64,000 nucleotides of DNA from an uncultured Clostridia bacterium (GTDB lineage: Bacteria > Bacillota > Clostridia > Oscillospirales > Ruminococcaceae). Positions 28,977 to 39,074 of the stretch are shown piece by piece. The notes beneath the pieces are model-generated. The model saw only the letters and a list, made by a program, of their open reading frames with translations, ran no database searches and was not told the origin of the DNA. The stretch spans positions 693 to 64,692 of the forward strand of contig CANRDI010000010.1 of the NCBI GenBank assembly GCA_947629335.1, given 5' to 3'. Position 1 is the first letter of the stretch; each line of letters starts with the position of its first letter. Both the position numbers and the translations under genes were made by a program.

Positions 28977-29229
28977 GCTCCTTTTGGATACTTTCGTAGA
29001 TATCCTCGGAGATAGAGGTCTTTAGCGAACGTTCGAGCTTTTTTCCTTTTCTTGCGGCAGCAAAACAGTCTGTCTTTCCGCAAAGATAAGCGCCTCTGCC
29101 GTTCATTTTTCCCGTTTTGTCGAGAACTATCTCTCCGCTCGGCGTTCGTACAACTCTCAGAGCGATTTTCTTCCCGATCATTTCTCCGCATGCCACGCAC
29201 TTTCGCATAGGGACTTTTTTTTCAGCCAT
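28960..29229 (-). CDS. ylxR: YlxR/RnpM (DUF448) RNA-binding protein
   Basis: PMRKCVACG...K..LRVVR....D.TGK..GRGAYLC; start at 29229. Confidence 0.92.
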   Translation of the reverse strand: MAEKKVPMRKCVACGEMIGKKIALRVVRTPSGEIVLDKTGKMNGRGAYLCGKTDCFAAARKGKKLERSLKTSISEDIYESIQKELEKDE

Positions 29230-29233
29230 AGGC

Positions 29234-30421
29234 TCACTCCGTTTCTTCCGCTTCGGGGGCAGGTTCTTCGAGCGGCACGGTCTCATAGTCCTCCGGCTTT
29301 ACGTTGCTTTCTGCTTTGATATCTATTTTGTATCCTGTGAGTTTAGCTGCAAGCCATGCGTTCTGTCCCTTGTTTCCGATCGCAAGAGAGAGTTGGTTAT
29401 CGGGAACTATCACCTTACACGATCTCTTATCAGGATTTGGATTAGTAATAATTACCTTTACGACGTCTGCGGGTTTAAGCGCCTGTTTGATAAATTCTTC
29501 CGCGTCGTCGCCGTACAAAACAACGTCTACCTTTTCGCCGTTCACTTCTTTTGTGACCGCGTTTATTCTGCTCTTCTGCGGACCTATACAAGCGCCCAGA
29601 GCGTCAACATTCGGGTCATTGCTTTTTACAGCTATCTTGCTTCTGCTTCCGGGAACGCGGCTTACCGACTTGATTTCAACTGTTCCGTCAAATATCTCCG
29701 GACATTCAAGTTCAAAAAGGCGCTTTATGAGCCACTTATCGGTTCTCGAAACCTTGAGATACTGATTTTTCTCGCCTTCTTTATATTCCTTTGAAATTCC
29801 TGAAATATAAACCTTTATGACCTGACCGACTTCAAGAATTTCGCCGGGGATCTGCTCGTTTCTCGGAAGGATTACCTCGTTTTTGTTTATTTCGAGCGTC
29901 GCATGGAGAGTTTTCGGTTCTACCTTTGTAACGACAGCCGAAACCGCCTCATTTTCATACTGACCCCAGATTTCGCTGAGATGCTGGCGCTCGGCATTTG
30001 AAAAGCCCTGTTTGATAAGGTCCTTAGCATTTTTCGCGGCAATTCTCTTAAACAGTTTTGTATCTATCGGGCATTTAACTCTTCCGCCGACCTCCGCTTT
30101 CGGGTCGATCTTAAGCGCCTCTTCGAGAACTATCTCCTTTTCAGGCTCATAAAGAGTATCGACGACCTCTATGACCTCTTTCATAATGCTGACTTCAAAA
30201 ATACTGTTCTTGATGTCGATATTTACAATAACAAATTCTTCTTCGTCATCATCAAAATGCAGATTTGACTTCAGACTTTTTTCGATAGCGTATTTTATTT
30301 TGTCCGCCAGTATCTCGCTTGAGATACCCTTTTCCTGTGCAAGTACCGCAAGGTTTTCAAAAATTTCCTTGTAGAACTCGGTGTTATCTTCCGTAGTCTT
30401 GACTGTTTTTCGTTTAGCCAT
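29234..30421 (-). CDS. nusA: Transcription termination/antitermination factor NusA
   Basis: RIAAKNAK, VSRT, PEI.DG.VEIK.VSR.PGSRSKIAV, IGNKGQNA.LAAKLTGYKIDIK. Confidence 0.97.
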   Translation of the reverse strand: MAKRKTVKTTEDNTEFYKEIFENLAVLAQEKGISSEILADKIKYAIEKSLKSNLHFDDDEEEFVIVNIDIKNSIFEVSIMKEVIEVVDTLYEPEKEIVLEEALKIDPKAEVGGRVKCPIDTKLFKRIAAKNAKDLIKQGFSNAERQHLSEIWGQYENEAVSAVVTKVEPKTLHATLEINKNEVILPRNEQIPGEILEVGQVIKVYISGISKEYKEGEKNQYLKVSRTDKWLIKRLFELECPEIFDGTVEIKSVSRVPGSRSKIAVKSNDPNVDALGACIGPQKSRINAVTKEVNGEKVDVVLYGDDAEEFIKQALKPADVVKVIITNPNPDKRSCKVIVPDNQLSLAIGNKGQNAWLAAKLTGYKIDIKAESNVKPEDYETVPLEEPAPEAEETE

Positions 30422-30427
30422 TTTCCG

Positions 30428-30934
30428 TTATACCTCCGTTATTATTTCATCAAAGTCATCAAAATCATCATAATTCATTGCGGAAATTTCCGTAAGCAAA
30501 AGCTCAGCTTCGCCAAATTCCCCCAAAACGGCAGCTTTCTCGCCGTCGAAGCTCCGAAGCACGCATTTAACGTCCTTTTCGGGCAGTCCCTCACATAGCT
30601 TATAGGTTTTAAGCCTTATTTTTTTGCCGACCGAGGCGTTTATCTGGTCAATTCGCCTTATCGGGCGTTCAAGTCCCGCCGAGCCGACTTCAAGATAGTC
30701 AATCTTGTCCACAAACGGCTGTTCGTCAATTTTTGCGTTTATAAGTCCGTCTATGCTCTCACAGTCGTCTATGGAAATTCCCTCAGGTTTATCTATGAGT
30801 ATCCTCAGATACCATTTTGCCCCTTCCTTTACAAAAACCACATCCCACAATGAAAAGCCGTGGCTCTCGACTATAGGTCTGACTGCTTTTTCCGCAGCCG
30901 CTTCTACTTGATTAAATCCCTTTGCAAATCCCAA
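30428..30934 (-). CDS. rimP: Ribosome maturation factor RimP
   Basis: LRILIDKPEGISIDDCE and YLEVGSAGLERP; first gene of the nusA operon. Confidence 0.93.
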   Translation of the reverse strand: MGFAKGFNQVEAAAEKAVRPIVESHGFSLWDVVFVKEGAKWYLRILIDKPEGISIDDCESIDGLINAKIDEQPFVDKIDYLEVGSAGLERPIRRIDQINASVGKKIRLKTYKLCEGLPEKDVKCVLRSFDGEKAAVLGEFGEAELLLTEISAMNYDDFDDFDEIITEV

Positions 30935-31130
30935 ATAACTGCCTCCCCTGCTTCATAAATATACCGTTTTTCGTCAGATTGCTGTCCGAACAGACTTTCC
31001 GACAGCAGCTTGTACATAATATCATTTGCCGCTCATTTATGCTGCATCTCATGCAGCGCTTCCTAAAGATAATATACCTATCTATATGCACAAATAACCG
31101 TTTATGACCGAAAACAACTCGCTTCTTTGT

Positions 31131-31162
31131 AAAAAGTCGCCGCTCGGATCTCTCCGAGCGGT
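31131..31162 (-). terminator. Intrinsic terminator of rplK-rplA
   Basis: CCGCTCGGA-loop-TCCGAGCGG followed by a T-run. Confidence 0.75.
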
Positions 31163-31185
31163 GAAATTTATGCGCAAAAATCCCC

Positions 31186-31878
31186 TCACACACCAAAACG
31201 CAAAGTATTTACCTTTACGCCGGGGCCCATCGTCGAGGAAACGGTACAGCTCTTGATATACTGACCCTTTGTTGCGGCAGGCTTAGCCTTTGCTACAGCT
31301 TCCATAAGCGCGGAAAAATTCTCATTGAGCTTTTCCTTTCCGAATGAAGCCTTTCCTATCGGGCAGTGGATAATATTAGCCTTATCCAGACGATACTCTA
31401 TCTTACCTGCCTTAGCGTCCTGTACAGCCTTTGCTACATCAGGAGTTACAGTACCCGCCTTGGGGTTAGGCATAAGTCCTCTCGGACCGAGAACCTTACC
31501 GAGACGTCCTACAACGCCCATCATATCGGGAGTAGCTATAACTACCTCGAAATCCATCCAGCCGCCCTGAATTTTAGCGACAGTATCATTGTCCGCGATA
31601 TAATCTGCGCCCGCAGCCTTTGCGTCAGCTTCTTTTTCGGGCTTGCAGAATACAAGCGTTCTTACGGTCTTACCCGTGCCGTTCGGAAGAACGACCGCGC
31701 CGCGAACCTGCTGATCAGCGTGACGCGAGTCAACGCCCAGACGAACATGGATCTCAACTGTTTCGTCAAACTTAGCCTTTGCGGTCTTGCATACAAGATC
31801 AAGAGCCTCTTCAGACTCGTAAATCTTTGCGGAATCTATGAGCTTTGCGCTCTCAACATACTTTTTTCCGTGTTTCAT
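31186..31878 (-). CDS. rplA: 50S ribosomal protein L1
   Basis: [21 protein letters not shown] and [11 protein letters not shown]. Confidence 0.98.
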   Translation of the reverse strand: MKHGKKYVESAKLIDSAKIYESEEALDLVCKTAKAKFDETVEIHVRLGVDSRHADQQVRGAVVLPNGTGKTVRTLVFCKPEKEADAKAAGADYIADNDTVAKIQGGWMDFEVVIATPDMMGVVGRLGKVLGPRGLMPNPKAGTVTPDVAKAVQDAKAGKIEYRLDKANIIHCPIGKASFGKEKLNENFSALMEAVAKAKPAATKGQYIKSCTVSSTMGPGVKVNTLRFGV

Positions 31879-31892
31879 CAATAATCCTCCTT

Positions 31893-31942
31893 GTGGTGAT
31901 CGGCGCGCACCCGCGCCGCATTAGCGGAACATATCCTCCCAC
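31893..31942 (-). promoter_or_regulatory. L1-binding autoregulatory site in the rplK-rplA spacer
   Basis: GTGGGAG...ACCAC flanks a GC stem just before the rplA RBS, as in Firmicute L1 leaders. Confidence 0.65.
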
Positions 31943-31950
31943 TTATTTTT

Positions 31951-32376
31951 TCAGTCAACTACCTCTACGCCCATTGAGCGGCAAGTTCCCGCTATCATAG
32001 ACATAGCCGACTCTACGTTTGCCGCATTAAGGTCGGGCATTTTTGTTTCGGCAATCTCTTTAAGCTGTGCCTTAGTAATCTTCGCAACTTTTGTCTTATT
32101 CGGAACGCCCGAACCGCTCTCTATCTTACAAGCTTTCTTTATAAGAACGCTCGCGGGCGGCGTTTTAGTGATAAACGTAAAGCTCCTGTCAGCGTAAACC
32201 GTTATAACGACAGGTATAACAAGTCCTGCCTGATTCTTTGTGCGTTCATTGAATTCCTTTGTAAACGCCATAATATTAACGCCGTGCTGTCCGAGCGCCG
32301 GACCAACAGGCGGAGCCGGCGTAGCCTTGCCGGCAGGGATCTGAAGTTTAATAAAACCTGTAACCTTTTGTGCCAT
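31951..32376 (-). CDS. rplK: 50S ribosomal protein L11
   Basis: [22 protein letters not shown] and GTCRSMG. Confidence 0.98.
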   Translation of the reverse strand: MAQKVTGFIKLQIPAGKATPAPPVGPALGQHGVNIMAFTKEFNERTKNQAGLVIPVVITVYADRSFTFITKTPPASVLIKKACKIESGSGVPNKTKVAKITKAQLKEIAETKMPDLNAANVESAMSMIAGTCRSMGVEVVD

Positions 32377-32426
32377 GACAATTGTCCTCCATAAATTTTT
32401 CTGAAAAACGTCCTTGAATTACCGCT

Positions 32427-32987
32427 TCATACCTTCTTGACCGCGGAAAACTCGATCGTCGCGGGAATTATGCCGCCCATCATATTGACGAGATTTACCA
32501 CAAGTGTCTTGTTTTCCTCGTCAACCTCCGTGACTGTTCCCGTAAAGTCTACAAATATACCGCCCGTAATAACGACCTCGTCGCCGACCTTAAACGCGGG
32601 CGCGGCGTTATCCGACTTGTCAAATCTGCCCTGTTCAAGCGCCATTGCCTCGCTTTCGCTGAGCGGAGTCGGCTTCGATTCGGGACCTACAAATCCCGTA
32701 ACGCCTCTCGTGTTTCTACAGATATACCACGACTCGTTGGTTTCAACCATTTTCACGAAAACGTAGCCGGGGTAGACCTTTTCCTCTACCTCAACGGTTT
32801 TCTTTACTGTGTTTCCGTTCTCTTTTACTTCCTTTTCGACCATTTTCTTTGTCGTAGGGATAGTAACATCTTCTATAAGATGCCCAAGATTTCGGTTGTC
32901 AACCAATGTCCTAATATCATCGGCAACTTTTTTCTCATAGCCTGAATAGGTGTGAAGAATATACCATTTTGCTTCTGAATCAGCCAT
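32427..32987 (-). CDS. nusG: Transcription antitermination factor NusG
   Basis: WYILHTYSGYE, YPGYVFVKM, RNTRGVTGFVG and a KOW domain. Confidence 0.96.
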   Translation of the reverse strand: MADSEAKWYILHTYSGYEKKVADDIRTLVDNRNLGHLIEDVTIPTTKKMVEKEVKENGNTVKKTVEVEEKVYPGYVFVKMVETNESWYICRNTRGVTGFVGPESKPTPLSESEAMALEQGRFDKSDNAAPAFKVGDEVVITGGIFVDFTGTVTEVDEENKTLVVNLVNMMGGIIPATIEFSAVKKV

Positions 32988-33002
32988 ATTAACCCCCGTA
33001 AA

Positions 33003-33305
33003 TCACCGGAACAGCAAGTTGTTCAAAAGACCGAAAAGCGAATCAACTCCGAATACCAAAGCTCCCGCAAGCAGACATACGATAATTACCACTATCGTAT
33101 TCCTTGTCGTTTCCTTCGGACCGGGCCAGACGACCTTTTTAAATTCCGACCTCGCGTCTTTAAAGAACTTTACAAATCCCTTTTTGCCCTTTTTCTTAGC
33201 CGCTTTCTTGGAATTTTTCTTATCCTCTGCTTTCGCTTTTTTTGCGGGCTTATCCGCGTCTTCACCCTCAGGAGAGTTTTTCTCAAGCTCTAAATCTTCA
33301 GCCAT
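33003..33305 (-). CDS. secE: Preprotein translocase subunit SecE
   Basis: RSEFKKVVWP followed by one TM helix; position upstream of nusG. Confidence 0.93.
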   Translation of the reverse strand: MAEDLELEKNSPEGEDADKPAKKAKAEDKKNSKKAAKKKGKKGFVKFFKDARSEFKKVVWPGPKETTRNTIVVIIVCLLAGALVFGVDSLFGLLNNLLFR

Positions 33306-33323
33306 AAAAAATCCTCCCAGTTA

Positions 33324-33473
33324 TTACTTTGTTTCCTTGTGAAGAGTGTGTTTCTTGCAAAATCTGCAATACTTAGTCATTTCGAGCCTGTCAGGGTCGT
33401 TCTTCTTGTTCTTCATGGTGTTGTAATTGCGCTGTTTGCACTCTGTACACGCCAGTGTAATTTTTACTCTCAC
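33324..33473 (-). CDS. rpmG: 50S ribosomal protein L33 (Zn-binding form; missed by the ORF track)
   Basis: GTG start; [49 protein letters not shown]; promoter TTGACA-17-TAAAAT at 33652-33680. Confidence 0.96.
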   Translation of the reverse strand: MRVKITLACTECKQRNYNTMKNKKNDPDRLEMTKYCRFCKKHTLHKETK

Positions 33474-33720
33474 TTTCGGCACCTCCTAAGTTTTTTCTAA
33501 GCCTTTTCGGGCTTTTCTGCCTCCCTCTTGCACGATCCCGCTTTGCAATGGGCTTTGCGGAACGCGCACCGTCTGCCTTTCAGACGATTTTTCGGGGAAT
33601 AGATCCCGCGCAAAAATGCACAAAAAAATATACCCCATTCGAGGTATATTTATTTTACCACATTATTTCCGATTTGTCAAGCACTTTTTTAAATTTTTTT
33701 CAATTTTTTCCGTACCCGCG

Positions 33721-34323
33721 TCATTCCGAAAGCATTTCTTCTTCTATGAGCTTTCCGTTTGGGTGAACAATGATGTAAATGTATCCTTTATCGGTCTTAC
33801 CTTTTACCGCTCCTGCGGCGCTTTCCTGCTGTTCGGGATAAAACGCCTCTTCCGAGCTTCGTACAGTGTCAAAATATTCGTTCATTGCGGCTTCTACTGC
33901 GGCTGACTTATCCGCTTTCGGCTTTACTATCATTATCCTGTAGAGCTGGGCACTTATTGTATTTGACATCAGGCAGAAGTCCTCGCAATCTGCGAGGACT
34001 ATTTTATCGCTGAACAAAGCGTCAACGACATTCTGCTCTGCCGCGCTGTCCATTTGCGGCCATTCGTCGGCGTTAAGCGCCTTTTGAGCCATTTTTTCCG
34101 AACTTTCGGACGGTTCGCTGTCGCTTGCCATGCCCGACCCTTCGGAATCAGACTGTGCGCCGGAGTTTTGTGACGAAACGGACGAGCTTGACTGGCTCTG
34201 AACGGCTGAAGAACTGCTTTGCTGTGAAGAAGAGCCCGACGAGCCTTCATTGGTATTGTTTCTGCACCCGCAGAGCGCCAATGCTGCGGATATGCATATT
34301 ATAGTCAGAAATATTTTTCTCAT
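33721..34323 (-). CDS. Lipoprotein with Ser-rich linker (DUF4358-like)
   Basis: Lipobox ALCGC; start MRKIF at 34323. Confidence 0.7.
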   Translation of the reverse strand: MRKIFLTIICISAALALCGCRNNTNEGSSGSSSQQSSSSAVQSQSSSSVSSQNSGAQSDSEGSGMASDSEPSESSEKMAQKALNADEWPQMDSAAEQNVVDALFSDKIVLADCEDFCLMSNTISAQLYRIMIVKPKADKSAAVEAAMNEYFDTVRSSEEAFYPEQQESAAGAVKGKTDKGYIYIIVHPNGKLIEEEMLSE

Positions 34324-34574
34324 AAATTTTCTCCTTTCTTTTCTGTCTGAAATATTCTCTGCACATTTTCTGCAATTATACATTTTACTTGACATTTAAG
34401 ATCTCAGCTTTTATGTACATTCATCGCAGTTTTTCAAATTTTTTGCGAATACTAAAACAGCCGCCGAAGCGGCTGTTCAAGTTTTTTAATGCTCTTAGGA
34501 AAGACGCCCATTATGGTGGATTTATAACTAAATGTACGACCGCTTGAATGCTTCCCGCGCGCATTATTAGGCAA

Positions 34575-34850
34575 TTACTCGCCCTTCTGCTTTGCGAAGC
34601 ACTCGCTGCACAGAACGGGTCTGTCGCCCTTAGGCTCAAACGGAACGCGAGCTACTCCGCCGCATACCGCACAAGTAGCCTCATAAAAAGTCCTTGCGCC
34701 TCTGCCTGCGTTCTTTCTTGCGTCGCGGCAAGCCTTGCATCTCTGCGGCTCGTTCTCGAAACCTTTTTCCGCGTAAAATTCCTGTTCGCCGGCGGTGAAC
34801 ACGAAATCTGCGCCGCAGTCCTTGCATTTCAGTGTCTTGTCAGTGTACAT
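34575..34850 (-). CDS. Zinc-ribbon / CxxC-x17-CxxC domain protein
   Basis: DKTLKCKDCG..F.FT.GEQEFY..KGF.NEPQRCK.CR and C..CG....VPFEP...RPVLC.ECF. Confidence 0.9.
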   Translation of the reverse strand: MYTDKTLKCKDCGADFVFTAGEQEFYAEKGFENEPQRCKACRDARKNAGRGARTFYEATCAVCGGVARVPFEPKGDRPVLCSECFAKQKGE

Positions 34851-34942
34851 AGATATACCCCTTAAAAATAATATTTGCCCTCGCCGGATTTTACCGACAT
34901 CTCAGCGCAAAAGCTGACCCTTTGTGCTGCGCTTTTTTTAAG

Positions 34943-35509
34943 CTATTCGGGACATATTTGACCGTTATATATCCTTCTGAGCTTGTTTCTTGCGCGGAAA
35001 AGCGCATTATCGACGGACTTTCTGTCTACGCCGAGCCTTTTTGAAAGTTCCGCATATGAAAGCCCCATTATAATGCCCTTTATGCAGTTTGCCTCAAGCT
35101 CTGAAAGCTCGTTTTCGATTACCCGAAGTACTTTTTCATTATTTTCCTTTGCAATTATCCGTTCTTCGGGAGAAGGACTTACATCCGCGACATAACTGAG
35201 TTCTTCTTCGTCCGCAAGCCTTTTCGATCTGTTCACACAGCGTCTGACGGCATTTTTGATCTTGTTTTCAACGCAGACCGCCGCAAATGCCGAAAACTCG
35301 CCCTTATTAACATCATAGTTTCTGACTGCGCTCAAAAGACCCGACATTCCGTCGGAAACAAGCTCTTCATAGTCTGCCGTATCGGAATATTTTCCTGCAA
35401 TGGAAAAAACGAGCTTCATATATCTCGATATAAGCTCGGCGACACACCCGCTCTCCGAGCGATTTAGGCAAATCAGCTCGCCGTCGCTCAGCTTTGAAAA
35501 ATCAGCCAC
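34943..35509 (-). CDS. sigH: SigH-like sigma-70 family factor
   Basis: GL..AVR.YD...G.F..FA..C and KSVDNAL.R...KL; synteny near rpmG-secE-nusG. Confidence 0.7.
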   Translation of the reverse strand: MADFSKLSDGELICLNRSESGCVAELISRYMKLVFSIAGKYSDTADYEELVSDGMSGLLSAVRNYDVNKGEFSAFAAVCVENKIKNAVRRCVNRSKRLADEEELSYVADVSPSPEERIIAKENNEKVLRVIENELSELEANCIKGIIMGLSYAELSKRLGVDRKSVDNALFRARNKLRRIYNGQICPE

Positions 35510-35634
35510 CGAATACTCTCCTATCGTTCAATACATTTTATCATAACTCGTTTATTTTGTCAACAATTTCTTAATAATTTTTTTAAAAAATCGACAAAAT
35601 AACGTAAAATTTCAAAAAAATTTAGGCAATTTAA

Positions 35635-36180
35635 CTACTTTCTGAACTGTTCTCTGCCTGACTTGAAAATATTTCCACCTACACAGTCAATTGCAACTAT
35701 CAGCGGAAATTTCTCAAATTTAAGGCGTTTTACACTCTCACAGCCCAAATCTTCAAATGCTGTTACTTCACATTCTGTTATGCATTTACACGCAAGCGCT
35801 CCTGCGCCTCCCACTGCGCAGAAATAAACTGCGCCGTTTCTCTTTATTGCCTCGCAGACAGCCTCGCTTCTTTCCCCTTTGCCTATCATTGCCGAAAGAC
35901 CGAGATCGAGAAACCTCGGAGAATAAACGTCCATTCTTCCCGACGTCGTAGGTCCGCATGAACCAATGACCATTCCGTCTCTTGCCGCGGTAGGACCCGC
36001 ATAATAGACCGCTGCCCCCGAAAGTTTATACGGAAGCTCTCCTCCCTCGTCCAGAAGCGCATTTATCCTTTTATGCGCCGCGTCGCGCGATGTATAGACC
36101 GTTCCCGACAAAAGCACCCTGTCGCCCGCTCTGAGAGTTTTTGCTTTCTCTTTCAGCTCGCAGGTATCCATTTCTATCAT
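35635..36180 (-). CDS. Fe-S hydro-lyase beta subunit (fumarate hydratase/tartrate dehydratase beta)
   Basis: L.AGDRV.LSG.VYT.RDAAH and YYAGPT...GSCGPTTSGRMD..MIGKGER. Confidence 0.92.
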   Translation of the reverse strand: MIEMDTCELKEKAKTLRAGDRVLLSGTVYTSRDAAHKRINALLDEGGELPYKLSGAAVYYAGPTAARDGMVIGSCGPTTSGRMDVYSPRFLDLGLSAMIGKGERSEAVCEAIKRNGAVYFCAVGGAGALACKCITECEVTAFEDLGCESVKRLKFEKFPLIVAIDCVGGNIFKSGREQFRK

Positions 36181-36269
36181 ATTATCCGTACCCTTTTGTA
36201 TATGTAATGTTATGCCGAACTCAAAATCGGGAATTATTCCAAACTCCCGATTTTGTTCATTTCAAAGCA

Positions 36270-37667
36270 TCAGAAGCTGCCGAAAAGGTCTGAGCTCATA
36301 TCGTCGTCATCAGATTCGCTCATATCCGTATCGCCCAGGCTCCAGATGTCGTTTTCGGGATTTTCGTCAGCTCCCGAAGAACTGCTCATATCCTCGTCAA
36401 AGCCGTTATTCTTTTCGAGCGCGTCAAGCTCGTTTTGGAGACTTGACCAGTCGTCCGCCGCTTCGGACACCTCGGAAGTCTTTTCTTCAAACTCCGAAGG
36501 ACCGCTGCCGAACGTAAGCTCCGCCTGTTCGAGAAGTTTCTGCATTTCGTCCATTTCATTTCCAGTACCGAAATCATCCGCGCTGCTGTTTACGTCGTCC
36601 GCTTCGACTGTATCCGAAAGGTCGGAATCAACATCGGCAGAACTGTCTTCGGAAAAACCAGAAAGGAGATCTTCTCCGAAACTGAGGTCAAAAGAGCTGT
36701 CCGGTTCATTATTGCCCGATAAGTCTTCGTCATTCAAGGTCATGCCAGAATCGAGATCGCCGACATCGACAACATCGGGCGAATCGTTTCGGTTATCCGC
36801 TTTAAAGTCGTCCATTGCATCAAAACCGAAGCTCATATTCATGTCGTCGCCGGTTTCGTCCATAACGTCCGCGTTCATTTCTTCGCTCTGTGTGCTGTCC
36901 TCGGTCATGCTCGAAAGAAGCGCATTTATCTCGTCCATTCCGCTCTGATCTCCGCGGTCGGAAGAACCGCCGAAATTGCTCTCATATGCATTTGTTTCGG
37001 GAACATCTGCTTCATACTCGTCAAATGCAGAGAAATCGGGCATTTCCGCCGCTGCTTCTCCGTTTATCTCGGATATTTCAGCCGCTTTGTCCAAAAGCGC
37101 TTTACAGCCGCTGTTTACGCTCTCCGCAAACTCGCGGAGCTTTGCCGTAAAACCGCTCATATCGACCTTTGCACGGCTGACTGCGGAACTTGCCGCCGTT
37201 TCCGAGGCATTACGCTTTGCTTTTTCAACGATCTGCTCTGCCTTTTTGTTTGCGGAAGCTATCGTTTCCTTTGCTTTCTTTTCTGCGGAAGCTATGATCT
37301 CCGCCGCTCTTTTTTCCGCCGCAGCAGTATTTACAGACGCACCCGAAGAAGCTCCCGCCGAAGAACCTGCGTTTTTGAGTTTTCTTTTGAGTTCATCTAT
37401 CTGATCAATCAGACCCTCGGTATTTTTATGTTCATTTCTTATCTGTTCTTCAAGCTGTTCAATCTTCTCGTTTGAAGACTTTTCGACTTCTTTTACTTTA
37501 TCCTCTGCTCCGTCAACGATCTTTTTAACGGATTCGTATTTTTTTTCGATCTCTTTCTTTTCCGACTCAAGCTCGCTCATACGCTTGCTTAGGCTGGCTA
37601 TGTATTCATTAACCTCTTGCTTGTTAAAGCCCATTGGGCTTGTACCGAAGCCTTTACCTGCTGCCAT
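36270..37667 (-). CDS. DivIVA-like N-terminus, coiled coil and long acidic disordered tail
   Basis: GFGTSPMGFNKQEVNEYI; heptad-rich middle; D/E/S/M-rich C-terminal half. Confidence 0.7.
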   Translation of the reverse strand: MAAGKGFGTSPMGFNKQEVNEYIASLSKRMSELESEKKEIEKKYESVKKIVDGAEDKVKEVEKSSNEKIEQLEEQIRNEHKNTEGLIDQIDELKRKLKNAGSSAGASSGASVNTAAAEKRAAEIIASAEKKAKETIASANKKAEQIVEKAKRNASETAASSAVSRAKVDMSGFTAKLREFAESVNSGCKALLDKAAEISEINGEAAAEMPDFSAFDEYEADVPETNAYESNFGGSSDRGDQSGMDEINALLSSMTEDSTQSEEMNADVMDETGDDMNMSFGFDAMDDFKADNRNDSPDVVDVGDLDSGMTLNDEDLSGNNEPDSSFDLSFGEDLLSGFSEDSSADVDSDLSDTVEADDVNSSADDFGTGNEMDEMQKLLEQAELTFGSGPSEFEEKTSEVSEAADDWSSLQNELDALEKNNGFDEDMSSSSGADENPENDIWSLGDTDMSESDDDDMSSDLFGSF

Positions 37668-38070
37668 TGTGATTTTCTCCCCTCAAAAAAATTCGGCGGC
37701 GGTTCGCATATAAACCGCTTTACCGTTATGGTCAATGCCGCAGCACGCAGATGTCCGCGCCGCTACAGTCCTACATTTGGAAAGGTTCTAAAAAAGAAAT
37801 TTCCAAACATAAGGGCATAATGACCACAACAAAATGCTTGCATTTTTATTATACCACAAATATTCAAGATATACAAGTATTTTAGCAAATTTTATAAATA
37901 TGTATATTTTACTTAACTGTTTTTGTGAAAAATAACTAACGATATATTAAAAAATTTGTGCTAATCATAGATTTTAACAGTCAGCTTGTATAAATTCAAT
38001 AAATGTAGTTGTTTTTTGGTTAAAAAAAGTGTATAATATGCTTAACATAAAAAAGAAAGGACTTGATAAA

Positions 38071-38316
38071 ATGACAGATAAGACTATGACATTTTCCGTT
38101 CATGAGGAAAGAGAAAAAGAGATGAAAGAGATCCTTATGACTGTATATGACGCTCTGAAACAAAAGGGCTATAATCCCATTAACCAGCTTGTAGGATATA
38201 TTCTTTCCGAAGATCCTACATACATCACCACGTTCAACAACGCGCGCGGACTTATACGGCATATTGACCGGGACGAGTTGCTTCAGGTGATTGTAAAATC
38301 TTATTTGACCGAGTAG
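38071..38316 (+). CDS. ireB: IreB family (UPF0297) regulatory phosphoprotein
   Basis: [27 protein letters not shown]...AR.LIR.IDRDELL; ATG at 38071. Confidence 0.92.
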   Translation: MTDKTMTFSVHEEREKEMKEILMTVYDALKQKGYNPINQLVGYILSEDPTYITTFNNARGLIRHIDRDELLQVIVKSYLTE

Positions 38317-38377
38317 TTTTAAAAGCCCTGCTTTTGTGCGGGGCTTTGGTTTTTATAAAACGCAGTCAGCATAATTA

Positions 38378-38525
38378 TATGTAACGTGCAGTAAGGGAAA
38401 GGAACTTTCGTTTTCCGACTTTTTCTTACCTCTAAGCGGGGGCTTTGCCCCCGCGCCCCCATTGGGGGAAAACTTTTGAAAAAGTTTTCCCCCAAACCCC
38501 TTTTCAAAACTTTTATGTAACGTGC
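38378..38525. repeat. Divergent REP-like unit bracketed by 12-bp direct repeats
   Basis: TATGTAACGTGC at 38378-38389 and 38514-38525 flanks GGGGGAAAACTTTTGAAAAAGTTTTCCCCCAAACCCCTTTTCAAAACTTTT. Confidence 0.75.
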
Positions 38526-38668
38526 TGTATTGGGAATGCACTTTTGCTCTGCAACCGCAGCACAACAGTTTTTTTGGATTTTTTTGCCAAGTATAATCGT
38601 CTCATTATTCCCGAAAATAAACTTGCGGTTAAACCGCAGCAAGTTTACAATTTTTAAGGAGAATAATT

Positions 38669-38845
38669 ATGGGAACAGAATTTGCAAACAAGCACATCGG
38701 CTGCACTATCCACAACTGTGAACACCACTGCTGCTGTGACGACTACTGCTCGCTCGACAAGATCGAAGTAGGTACTCACGAAGCCAATCCCACTGTTGTT
38801 CAATGCACCGACTGCCTTTCTTTCAAGGCAAAGCCCGGAGTTTAA
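38669..38845 (+). CDS. DUF1540-like small Cys/His-rich protein (missed by the ORF track)
   Basis: AAGGAG RBS; MGTEFANKHIGCTIHNCEHHCCCDDYCSLDKIEVGTHEANPTVVQCTDCLSFKAKPGV. Confidence 0.85.
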   Translation: MGTEFANKHIGCTIHNCEHHCCCDDYCSLDKIEVGTHEANPTVVQCTDCLSFKAKPGV

Positions 38846-39074
38846 CAACAGACAGTTGATAATTTACAGCACATAGCTGTTGACTGTCAACTATCAGCTC
38901 TTTCATTTTATAACATTTTCCGTTAATTTTTCCAAAAACAATGCTCCCGCGCATTTCTGTGCAGGAGCATTTTGGTTTACTGTTGTAAATAATCGGCTAA
39001 GCGATAATTTATCTGCCACGTTTTCCGCTGCCCTTATCGGCAGTTTTAGCGTTCAGCCGCCAATTCTAAACGGT

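Noticed and set aside
33627-33650. Terminator-like hairpin just after the rpmG promoter
   Set aside because: The predicted start site falls inside its 5' arm, so the stem would be too short in the RNA.
36253-37404. Long plus-strand ORFs 36253-36948 and 36976-37404
   Set aside because: Antisense shadows of the low-complexity DivIVA-like gene.
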